Part shown: piece by piece, positions 17,943 to 25,677 of the stretch
Numbering within the stretch: the stretch's first letter is position 1
Layout of the letters: every line of letters begins with the position of its first letter
Source of the DNA: an uncultured Bacilli bacterium
GTDB lineage: Bacteria > Bacillota_I > Bacilli_A > RF39 > UBA660
Reading direction: 5' to 3'
Assembly: GCA_944363595.1 (NCBI GenBank)
Contig: CALVUN010000010.1
Coordinates: 6,852 to 70,851, forward strand
DNA length: 64,000 bases
Notes under the pieces: generated by a model
Database searches by the model: none
What the model was told of the DNA's origin: nothing
What the model saw: the letters and a program-made list of their open reading frames with translations, nothing else
Position numbers and translations under genes: made by a program

Positions 17943-18968
17943 ATGAAAGCAGTAGCTATTAAAGATGTTAAACAATTTTCTATTGTTGATATTGAAGAAC
18001 CAGTATCACAAAATAATGAAGTAATTATTGATGTTTCAAAAACAGGTATCTGTGGTTCTGATATCCATTATTGGGATTTAGGGGAACCAAAAGGCCTAAT
18101 CATGGGTCATGAATTCTGTGGTAAAGTAGTTGATCCAGGCTCAAGAGAAGATCTCAAAGTAGGGGATAGAGTAACTGCGTTACCTATTTCACCATGTGGT
18201 AAATGTGATGCATGCACAACAGGCAATGTTCAATACTGTAAAGAAACATGGACTAATGCAACAGGTTTATCATTAAGTCATCCTGGTGGTCTAACTAAAA
18301 GAATTAAAGTTCGTGCCGATATGGTCGTTAAAGTACCAGATAATGTAACCGATGAAGAAGGAGCCGTTGTAGAGCCAACTGCTGTAGGATTACATGCGGT
18401 CCATTTAGCTGACATTAAAGTAGGGGATAAAGTTCTTGTTATCGGTGGAGGTATCATCGGCTTAGTATCAGCGATGTTTGCCAAAAGCGAAGGAGCAAGT
18501 TATGTAGCATTATCAGAAACCAATGAAGCTCGTGGAAAGAAGTCTGTTAAATTAAATGTCGCCGATGAATGGTTTAATGCTAAAGATGAAGATTTCCTTT
18601 CTAAGGCAACCGCTAAAACAGATGACGGTTTTGATATCGTTATTGACTGTTCAGGTAACAGTGCAGCTGTCAACAGTGCCTTAACAGCGGTTCGTCAAGG
18701 TGGTAAAGTAATTCTTGTTGGAGTATCCATGAAACCAATCGAGTTCAATTCCATTTTAGCGGTCATGAGAGAATTAACCATTAAAGGTGCCATTGCTTAC
18801 ACAGTTGATGAATTTAAAACATGCATTGAACTAATGGCCAATAAACAAATCGAAATGACTAAATTTATTGACGATATTGTACCATTAGAAGAAGTTCAAG
18901 CATCATATATAAGATTAACATCAGGTACTGATGATGCAGTAAAAATATTAGTAGATCCAAATAAATAA
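17943..18968 (+). CDS. Zn-dependent medium-chain dehydrogenase (threonine/sorbitol dehydrogenase-like)
   Basis: Motifs GICGSDIHYW and GHEFCGKVV, a structural Zn Cys cluster (CGKCDACTTG) and a Rossmann GGGIIG motif. GC content is noticeably higher than in neighbouring genes. Confidence 0.85.
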   Translation: MKAVAIKDVKQFSIVDIEEPVSQNNEVIIDVSKTGICGSDIHYWDLGEPKGLIMGHEFCGKVVDPGSREDLKVGDRVTALPISPCGKCDACTTGNVQYCKETWTNATGLSLSHPGGLTKRIKVRADMVVKVPDNVTDEEGAVVEPTAVGLHAVHLADIKVGDKVLVIGGGIIGLVSAMFAKSEGASYVALSETNEARGKKSVKLNVADEWFNAKDEDFLSKATAKTDDGFDIVIDCSGNSAAVNSALTAVRQGGKVILVGVSMKPIEFNSILAVMRELTIKGAIAYTVDEFKTCIELMANKQIEMTKFIDDIVPLEEVQASYIRLTSGTDDAVKILVDPNK

Positions 18969-19002
18969 AACCTCATTTTTAACCCAAATGAGGTTTTTAT
19001 TA
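18968..19002 (+). terminator. rho-independent terminator
   Basis: Hairpin AAACCTCATTTttaacccAAATGAGGTTT followed by TTATT. Confidence 0.6.
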
Positions 19003-19005
19003 CCA

Positions 19006-19371
19006 CTAATTATCACTTTTCTTTAAATTAATTCCTATCATGCTACCAAACATAGCACTAATCAATAAAATAACATAATAAATAAGTATTTTAATTTCAA
19101 AACTGTTCATAAGGATCAAATTATTCAAAATAAGAATAACAAAAATAAAAATACCACCAAATTTAAGTCCTTCCAAAATTCCTCTTTTTTTAGCTTTCTT
19201 TCCTAATAATAAAGAATTAACAAGTAAACTACCAACGGGAATCACAAGTTTAAGTGTCGATGTAATACTACTACCTAGTAAATTAAAATAATTAAAAACA
19301 GTAACAATTAAAATAAGTATCAAAATACTAACAAAAGTATAAGCCAAATACATAAAATAATTTTTAATCAT
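19006..19371 (-). CDS. small multi-pass membrane protein
   Basis: Hydrophobic ORF. The start is placed at MIKNYF after an AGGTGG ribosome-binding site. The ORF track extends it into the divergent gene. Confidence 0.4.
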   Translation of the reverse strand: MIKNYFMYLAYTFVSILILILIVTVFNYFNLLGSSITSTLKLVIPVGSLLVNSLLLGKKAKKRGILEGLKFGGIFIFVILILNNLILMNSFEIKILIYYVILLISAMFGSMIGINLKKSDN

Positions 19372-19444
19372 AAAACCACCTAGTAATAAATATGTAATTG
19401 TATAAAAAAATATAACCATAACCATAATATAATAGGTGATCAAA

Positions 19445-20092
19445 ATGGAATTATTTATGGTTTTTATAAGAACATTATTTTTCTATTTCTTTATCTTTAT
19501 TATCTATCGTATTATGGGAAAAAGAGAAGTAGGTCAACTAGGAATAATTGATTTAATAGTATCAATTCTCATCGCCGAATTAGCGGTCATCAGTATTGAA
19601 AATTATGATAATAATTTTCTATTTTCTGTAATCCCCATTATAACTTTAACCCTTCTTCAGATGATTTTAGCATATTTCACACTAAGAAAACCAAAGTTTA
19701 GAAGTTTTCTGGATGGTAATCCATCAGTTATAATAAAAAATGGAAAAATAAACTATAAAGAAATGCTCAAGCAAAAATATAATCTTGATGACTTATTAGT
19801 TCAAATTAGAGAAAAAGGCTATCGTAGTATTGAAGAAATTGAATATGCCATTCTAGAGAACAATGGAACTTTATCCGTTTTTAACTATCCCCAAGAAAAA
19901 AATAAAACGCCATTACCACTTCCTCTAATTTTAGATAGCAAAATTCAAGAAGACACCCTAAGATACTTAAAAAAAGATGAAAAATGGGTTTTTCAACTTC
20001 TAAAAACTAGAAACATCAAACTAGAAGAAGTATTCTATGCCTTTTATAAAGATAAAAACGTTTTTATAATCAAAAATAGTGATTTATTATAA
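19445..20092 (+). CDS. DUF421 (YetF/YdfS-like) membrane protein
   Basis: RIMGKREVGQLGIIDLIVSILIAE matches the N-terminal DUF421 consensus. Ribosome-binding site AGGTGA. Confidence 0.65.
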   Translation: MELFMVFIRTLFFYFFIFIIYRIMGKREVGQLGIIDLIVSILIAELAVISIENYDNNFLFSVIPIITLTLLQMILAYFTLRKPKFRSFLDGNPSVIIKNGKINYKEMLKQKYNLDDLLVQIREKGYRSIEEIEYAILENNGTLSVFNYPQEKNKTPLPLPLILDSKIQEDTLRYLKKDEKWVFQLLKTRNIKLEEVFYAFYKDKNVFIIKNSDLL

Positions 20093-20120
20093 AAGTACTA
20101 AATATTGGTACTTTTTTTCT
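20093..20120 (+). terminator. rho-independent terminator
   Basis: Hairpin AAGTACTaaatattgGTACTT followed by T7. Confidence 0.5.
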
Positions 20121-20137
20121 TAATCAATCATAAATTA
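20110..20137 (+). promoter_or_regulatory. putative sigmaK/sigmaE-type sporulation promoter (AC-17-CATAAATTA) upstream of cotE
   Basis: Matches the sigmaK consensus -35 AC, 16-17-nt spacer, -10 CATA---TA. Confidence 0.35.
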
Positions 20138-20147
20138 AAGTAAAGGG

Positions 20148-20717
20148 GTGATAGTCTTGTCTGCTTACAAAGAAATAGTAACCAAAGCTGTCATTGGCAA
20201 AGGGAAAAAATACTATAAAAATACCTATACCATAAATACCGAAAATACTCCGACAACTATCTTAGGATGTTGGGTAATTAATCACAAATTCAAAGGAACA
20301 GAAGTAAACAATAAAATAGTTATTACAGGAAGTTTTGATGTAAATTTATGGTATTCATATAATAATGATACCAAAACAACAGTTATAACCAAAACCATTG
20401 ATTATCAAGAAGTAGTATCAGTTTCCCAAAAAGCTAGCACCGATTCTGCCAAAGATATCATAGTAAGAAGTTTAAAACAGCCAAATTGCATCAATGCCAA
20501 AGAAAATGGAAATAGCATTATCATCGAAATAGAAAAAGAATTAGGTATTGAAATTGTCGGTGATACAAAAGTAAAAATAGCAATTGAAGAAGATGAAGAA
20601 CCATGGGATATAATTACTGATGATGAATATACTGATGACATTGCCAAAGAAATTGATGACAATATAAAAACAGATTATCTTAAAGAAGAACTACCAAAAG
20701 AAGACGAAACAAAGTAG
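20148..20717 (+). CDS. cotE: outer spore coat morphogenetic protein CotE (GTG, or TTG at 20157)
   Basis: Collinear with B. subtilis CotE along its length: YKEIVTKAV.GKGKK, ILG.WVINHK, WYSY.NDTKT, QPNC, and an acidic Asp/Glu-rich C-terminus. Confidence 0.85.
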   Translation: MIVLSAYKEIVTKAVIGKGKKYYKNTYTINTENTPTTILGCWVINHKFKGTEVNNKIVITGSFDVNLWYSYNNDTKTTVITKTIDYQEVVSVSQKASTDSAKDIIVRSLKQPNCINAKENGNSIIIEIEKELGIEIVGDTKVKIAIEEDEEPWDIITDDEYTDDIAKEIDDNIKTDYLKEELPKEDETK

Positions 20718-20805
20718 TTCTTTTTTTTATAAATATAAGAAAACATATTGACAAACATATGTATGTAATGATATTATGGATATAACTTATGAAAGAAGTG
20801 ATATC

Positions 20806-21420
20806 ATGATCAAAATAATAAAATATGAACAAAAAAATAACCAATATAAACTAACTTTTGATAAAAAAGAACCCATAACTATTCATGAAGAAGTAATAAT
20901 TAATAACCATCTTTTATATAAAAAAGAAATTGATAACGAGTTGTATAATCAACTAATTATAGAAAACAAATATTATATTCTATATTATAAATGTTTAAAC
21001 TATATAAAAGTAAGATTAAGAAGTATAGAAGAAATGCAAAACTATCTTCAAAAACAAGAAGTAGATAAAAAGACGAGTACAAAAATTATTAACGACTTAA
21101 TAAAAAATAAATTTTTAGATGATGAACGTTTTACCAAAGCCTTTATCAATGATAAATTAAATTTTACAAATATGGGACCATATAAAATAAAAAATGAACT
21201 ACAAAAATTAGGTATTTCCAATCATATTATAGATGAAGAGCTTTCAAATATAGATTTCCAATTAATTCAAAAACGTATTAATAAAATTATAACCAAAAAT
21301 ATAACTACAAATAAAAAATATCATGGTGAAATTTTAAAAAATAAAATATACAAAAATTTAATAAATCAAGGTTATGATCAAAATTCGATTATTGACGAAT
21401 TAAACAAATATGAATTTTAG
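20806..21420 (+). CDS. recX: regulatory protein RecX
   Basis: RecX three-repeat helical architecture: N-terminal ITKI-like MIKIIKYEQKNNQYKLTFD, repeats ending LQKQEVDKKTSTKII and LQKLGISNHII. A TTGACAAACATATGT box lies upstream. Confidence 0.75.
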   Translation: MIKIIKYEQKNNQYKLTFDKKEPITIHEEVIINNHLLYKKEIDNELYNQLIIENKYYILYYKCLNYIKVRLRSIEEMQNYLQKQEVDKKTSTKIINDLIKNKFLDDERFTKAFINDKLNFTNMGPYKIKNELQKLGISNHIIDEELSNIDFQLIQKRINKIITKNITTNKKYHGEILKNKIYKNLINQGYDQNSIIDELNKYEF

Positions 21421-21466
21421 TATAAAAAAAGAAAAATGGTAAATACTATTAACCGGAGATGATATT

Positions 21467-21964
21467 ATGAAAAAAATTATGTCCCTGTTTATATTTATAT
21501 CAATTATAATAATCACCGGTTGTAGTCTTGGTAATACACCAACAAGTAAAGTAGATGAATTAATGGGCAAATATCAACGCTTAGATACTCAAGTGAAAGA
21601 AGAAATAAAAGAAGTAATTGCAAGTAATAATATATCCGAAGATTATCAAGAAAGATATAAAAACGTTTTAGAAAAACAATATTGTAATTTAACCTATGAA
21701 ATAAAAGATGAAACTATTGATGGTAATACCGCAATAGTTAAAACACAAATTAAAGTATTAGATTACAAAAAAGCTTTACAAGAAGTAAATCGTGATACAT
21801 TAACAGATGAAGAATATTATGAACAATCATTGGAAGCATTAGAAAAGGCCAAAGACCAAGTAACATATACAATAGATTTTACTCTAACCAAAGACGAAGA
21901 AGGAAATTGGCAATTAGATGAACTATCTGAAGTTAATAAAAAGAAAATTCAAGGAACCTATTAA
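21467..21964 (+). CDS. lipoprotein of unknown function
   Basis: Signal peptide plus lipobox ITGCSL. Confidence 0.5.
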   Translation: MKKIMSLFIFISIIIITGCSLGNTPTSKVDELMGKYQRLDTQVKEEIKEVIASNNISEDYQERYKNVLEKQYCNLTYEIKDETIDGNTAIVKTQIKVLDYKKALQEVNRDTLTDEEYYEQSLEALEKAKDQVTYTIDFTLTKDEEGNWQLDELSEVNKKKIQGTY

Positions 21965-22048
21965 TAAAATAAGTTCCTTTTCAATAAAAAATTATCATAT
22001 CCCTATAAAAAGTTAATATAATTAATTAGAAAAGAAAAGAGGGAATAT

Positions 22049-22561
22049 ATGATAAATAAAAAGAATTTATGGTTTTTAACATTATTTAGTCTTGTCTTAG
22101 TTTTAAGCGTATATTATGTAACCATGCCAAATGAATTATTAGTAACTACAAATGGAAACAACTTAAAAAATACTAGTACTGATGATGACTTAAGCGAAGA
22201 AGTTTCTGTTGAAGAATCGTCCGTCATTTCTGCTTTAAAAGTCGAAGATGACAATCAAGTTTTAGAAGAAATAAACGAACTAAAAAAGACCCTAACAGGT
22301 CTAGATGTAACAACTGAAGACAAAAATGTTGCCTTTGAAAAACTAAAAACAATTAATCAAAATAATGGTAAAGAAGAGACAATCGAAGCTAAAATAAAAA
22401 AAGAATATAATTTAGAAGCTTTTGTCAAAATAACAGATGATCAAGTTCGAGTTGTCATTGGCAGCGACGAACATTCAACAAAATTAGCTAATGAAATTAT
22501 GAATACAGTTCAAGAAGAATTTGATAGTAAAATGTATATTTCTGTACAATTTCAAGCATAA
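22049..22561 (+). CDS. SpoIIIAH-like sporulation protein (YscJ/FliF-like ring domain)
   Basis: The N-terminus KKNLWFLTLFSLVLVLSVYYV matches SpoIIIAH KKQTVWLLTMLSLVVVLSVYYI. The C-terminus FVKITDDQVRVVIG...ANEIMNTV matches the SpoIIIAH ring domain. There is no spoIIIAA-AG upstream. Confidence 0.65.
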   Translation: MINKKNLWFLTLFSLVLVLSVYYVTMPNELLVTTNGNNLKNTSTDDDLSEEVSVEESSVISALKVEDDNQVLEEINELKKTLTGLDVTTEDKNVAFEKLKTINQNNGKEETIEAKIKKEYNLEAFVKITDDQVRVVIGSDEHSTKLANEIMNTVQEEFDSKMYISVQFQA

Positions 22562-22578
22562 AATAGGTAAATACTCTC

Positions 22579-22605
22579 ACTTAAATTAAAAAATAACATA
22601 CAATA
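22579..22605 (+). promoter_or_regulatory. putative sigmaK-dependent promoter (AC-16-CATACAATA) for gerE
   Basis: The sigmaK consensus is AC-16/17-CATA---TA. B. subtilis gerE is sigmaK-dependent. Confidence 0.4.
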
Positions 22606-22647
22606 TTATGAATAACATAAACCACCCTATAGGGAAGTGAGGTATTT

Positions 22648-22854
22648 ATGAACAAGAGTATATTGACCAAAAGAGAAAAAGAAGTATTTACATTGCTTGT
22701 TGCTAACAAAACAACTAGCGAAATAGCAAAGCTACTAGGAATAAGTGAAAAGACAGTTCGCAATCACGTTTCCAATGCAATGCAAAAACTAGGAGTAAAA
22801 GGAAGAGCACAAGCTGTGGTGGAATTAATAAGATTAAGAGAAATAACTCTATAA
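22648..22854 (+). CDS. gerE: GerE, LuxR-type HTH spore-coat transcription regulator
   Basis: The 68-aa product is near-collinear with B. subtilis GerE: LLTKREREVF.LLV..KTT.EIA..L.ISEKTVRNH.SNAMQKLGVKGR.QAVVEL.R. Confidence 0.9.
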   Translation: MNKSILTKREKEVFTLLVANKTTSEIAKLLGISEKTVRNHVSNAMQKLGVKGRAQAVVELIRLREITL

Positions 22855-22856
22855 GC

Positions 22857-22883
22857 CATTAATTGGCTTTTTTTATTAAACTT
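22857..22883 (+). terminator. rho-independent terminator after gerE
   Basis: Hairpin AAGCCATTAATTGGCTT followed by T7. Confidence 0.6.
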
Positions 22884-23064
22884 TAGTGTGTGGCTTAGAA
22901 GTAAGCCATCAAAAAACCACTAGCTAAGCTAGTGGTATTAATATGCTTGACATCTCTCCGTACTATAATATGATGCGTTCAAGCTCGTATAATGCACGAA
23001 AAAAGAGATGTCATGGCTAAAAGTTTAGCACATACAAAATATATGTGCAAGTACCATCTTGTGT

Positions 23065-23748
23065 TTATTCACATTCAATAGTTATAGTATAAGAACTATT
23101 TCCTCTATACTTACCATCTTTAAAGTCATCATCACCATCATAAGAAAAAGCAGTTAATACAATTGGGGACTCGATCATTTCCCAATCTGAAGATGCCGTT
23201 AACTTTATAGAAGACAAAATAGTCTCATCATTATATTCATCACTTGTAACATGACTATACCAACTACCAATTTCTTGGTGAACATCATCATATAAATAAA
23301 TTTGAATATAATCATAAAATTCATCCCCATCAGAAGGATCTAATAATAACTTATTAAAAGAAGTACCATCACTTAGACTAAATTCAATATAATAGCCAAT
23401 TCGATAATTCTCAATATTTTGATACTTATCATAATATGTTTGCCAAACAGTTTGAAAATTATCACCACTAATACTATCATCTCTTGTCAAAAAAACTTCA
23501 AAAGACCCAATATCAGCAATACCTACACACGAAGAACTATAATCTTGAATAAGCTTGCGATCTTCTCCACTTCCATTATATAAATACATCCCAAGTGTAA
23601 TAGGATTATCATCACTGTAGCTTTCTTCTTCGTCAACAACATTTTCATTATTAGAAGAAGTATCTTCTATAACTTTTTCATCTTCCACTTTATTACCACA
23701 TCCACCAAGTAATAATAAACACATTACCAAAAATAAAAAACGTTTCAT
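23065..23748 (-). CDS. lipoprotein of unknown function
   Basis: Start placed at MKRFLF after an AAGGTGG ribosome-binding site. Lipobox LLGGC, then an acidic low-complexity region. Confidence 0.5.
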   Translation of the reverse strand: MKRFLFLVMCLLLLGGCGNKVEDEKVIEDTSSNNENVVDEEESYSDDNPITLGMYLYNGSGEDRKLIQDYSSSCVGIADIGSFEVFLTRDDSISGDNFQTVWQTYYDKYQNIENYRIGYYIEFSLSDGTSFNKLLLDPSDGDEFYDYIQIYLYDDVHQEIGSWYSHVTSDEYNDETILSSIKLTASSDWEMIESPIVLTAFSYDGDDDFKDGKYRGNSSYTITIECE

Positions 23749-23845
23749 TCTATCGACCACCTTTTCTTAATTATATCCTAAAAATAAAAATAAATAAAGT
23801 CTAAAGTTAAATAAAAAAACATATACATTACTAAGGTGATTAACT

Positions 23846-24808
23846 ATGTTAAAAAAAATGTCCATTCGCAAAATAATTATATCAACACTAACTTTATTTA
23901 TTCTCTTAATAATATATTTAATACCTAGTAACGAAACCAAAGAAATTGAATTAAAAAATGATAAAGTAGAATACACATATAGTAATAATCTAAATCCCAT
24001 TTATTTATTAGATAGCAATGATTATATAGCAAGAACTTCAATCAAAACATCAAAAACAGATATAATTGAAAAAGCTAAAGAACTAATTGAAGGTCTCATT
24101 ATTGATGGTCAAAAAAGTAATATCATTCCTAATGGTTTCAAGTCCATTATTCCACCTGAAACGCAAATATTAGATATAAAATTACAAGAAGGAACATTAA
24201 CTATTAATTTTTCTAAAGAATTATTAGATATTAATGAAAAATATGAAGAAAAAATGATTGAAGCAATTACCTATACATTAACAAGCATCAAAGATATTAA
24301 TAATATTATTATCCAAGTAGAAGGAGAAGTCCTAACCAAACTTCCTAAAAGTGGTAAACAACTTCCTAGTGTTTTAGATAAAAGCTATGGTATAAATAAA
24401 ATATATGAATTAACAAGTACCAAAGATATAACATCATATACTACTTATTATGTTAGTAGTTACAATGATAACTATTATTACGTCCCTGTTACCAAATATA
24501 TAAATAATAAAAATCAAGATAAAATCAAAGTTATTATTGAAGAAATGAGTAGTGCTCCCATTTATGAAAGCAATCTAATGAGTTTTTTAAATGTAAATAC
24601 CAAGTTATTAGATTACGAACAAGAAGAAAACACTCTCAAATTAAATTTTAATGACATGATTTTATCAGATATAACTAGTAATAATATTTTAGAAGAAGTA
24701 ATATATACCATAAGTTTATCGATGAATGATATGTTAGATGTAACAGAAATTATCTTTTATGTTGATGATGAAGAAATATATACTAGTAACATAGAAAATA
24801 TAATGTAA
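23846..24808 (+). CDS. GerM-like germination/sporulation protein (two GerMN domains)
   Basis: N-terminal anchor followed by two GerMN-like repeats, each with the QSIVNTLTEF-like pattern (ITYTLTSIKDINNIIIQVEGE and VIYTISLSMNDMLDVTEIIFYVDDE). Confidence 0.6.
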   Translation: MLKKMSIRKIIISTLTLFILLIIYLIPSNETKEIELKNDKVEYTYSNNLNPIYLLDSNDYIARTSIKTSKTDIIEKAKELIEGLIIDGQKSNIIPNGFKSIIPPETQILDIKLQEGTLTINFSKELLDINEKYEEKMIEAITYTLTSIKDINNIIIQVEGEVLTKLPKSGKQLPSVLDKSYGINKIYELTSTKDITSYTTYYVSSYNDNYYYVPVTKYINNKNQDKIKVIIEEMSSAPIYESNLMSFLNVNTKLLDYEQEENTLKLNFNDMILSDITSNNILEEVIYTISLSMNDMLDVTEIIFYVDDEEIYTSNIENIM

Positions 24809-24932
24809 AAAAGATACAAGATAAAGTATCTTTTTTAACATAACTAACACATTGTAAATGATATTAACATATGATATAATTTTATTGACATTAATTGTCA
24901 TTTTGTCCATAAATGGAGTAAGGAGTGATTTT

Positions 24933-25280
24933 ATGTATTGTGAAAATTGTGGTGAAAAACTAAATGAAGGAGCGGAAATTTGTTTAAAATGCGGTCATCA
25001 AGTAAAAAAAGAACAAAAAAATAACAACAAATTCAATGAACAAAATATTCCAAGTGAATATAAACCAATATCAATGTGGGGCTATTTTGGCTATGAAATC
25101 CTATTTATGATTCCTATTATTGGTTTTATACTTTTACTAGTATTTGCTTTAGGAGGAACTTCCAACAAAAATCTAAAAAACTTTGCTCGTTCATATTTCT
25201 GTTTATTTATCATAGTTGCTGTCATCTTTGCTATCATCACAATTGCTGGAGCAGCTACAGCAAGTAGTTTATATTATTAG
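24933..25280 (+). CDS. zinc-ribbon domain membrane protein
   Basis: Starts MYCENCGEKLNEGAEICLKCGH (a two-CxxC zinc ribbon), followed by two transmembrane helices. Ribosome-binding site GGAGTAAGGAGTGA. The 24858 start in the ORF track is unlikely. Confidence 0.55.
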   Translation: MYCENCGEKLNEGAEICLKCGHQVKKEQKNNNKFNEQNIPSEYKPISMWGYFGYEILFMIPIIGFILLLVFALGGTSNKNLKNFARSYFCLFIIVAVIFAIITIAGAATASSLYY

Positions 25281-25299
25281 CAAATAATATAAAATTATA

Positions 25300-25340
25300 T
25301 TTAAAATTTCACTAGTCAATCTAGTGAAATTTTTACTATT
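25300..25340 (+). terminator. rho-independent terminator
   Basis: Hairpin AAATTTCACTAGtcaatCTAGTGAAATTT followed by TTACTATT. Confidence 0.55.
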
Positions 25341-25356
25341 TAACAATCATAAAAAA

Positions 25357-25385
25357 AAACTGGTATCATAACCAGTTTCTAAAAC
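25357..25385 (-). terminator. rho-independent terminator (minus strand) after tRNA-Arg
   Basis: On the minus strand: hairpin AAACTGGTTATGATACCAGTTT followed by T9. Confidence 0.55.
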
Positions 25386-25408
25386 TCTAAAAAGAGTATA
25401 ATTCAAAG

Positions 25409-25485
25409 TGGCGTCCCAGACAGGATTCGAACCTGTGACCGCACGCTTAGAAGGCGTGTGCTCTATCCAGCTGAGCTACTAGAAC
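25409..25485 (-). tRNA. tRNA-Arg (anticodon UCU), with CCA encoded
   Basis: Clean cloverleaf on the minus strand: GTTCTAG acceptor stem, D-arm GCTC/GAGC, anticodon stem CACGC/GCGTG around loop CTTCTAA, T-arm ACAGG-TTCGAAT-CCTGT, then discriminator G and CCA. A TTGACA-18-TGcTATACT promoter lies at 25507-25536 on the minus strand. Confidence 0.85.
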
Positions 25486-25677
25486 GTAAATCATAAATAC
25501 TTACTAAGTATAGCACCAAATATCCATCTTTGTCAATTAAAAATATCAATTTTCTATAAAAAAAGCATTAAGTAATGCAGAAATTAAAATATAATCTACA
25601 AAATTAAAAAAATAATTCAAATAACTATCAAAAATTAAAAATATGATATATAATAATAAAACACGGAGTGATTTTAT

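Noticed and set aside
14656-18968. def and the Zn-dehydrogenase as horizontally acquired genes on the basis of higher GC
   Set aside because: Hand counts give about 35-45% GC versus about 25% in hypothetical genes. But other conserved housekeeping genes here (alaS, parE, ileS) also run at about 35-38%. So the elevation is largely explained by protein conservation. It is only weakly suggestive for the dehydrogenase.
22947-22993. sigmaA promoter TTGACA ... TATAAT inside the hairpin block after gerE
   Set aside because: The spacing between TTGACA (22947-22952) and the nearest TATAAT (22964-22969) is only 11 nt. The second TATAAT (22988-22993) lacks a -35 box. This is not a convincing promoter on spacing grounds.
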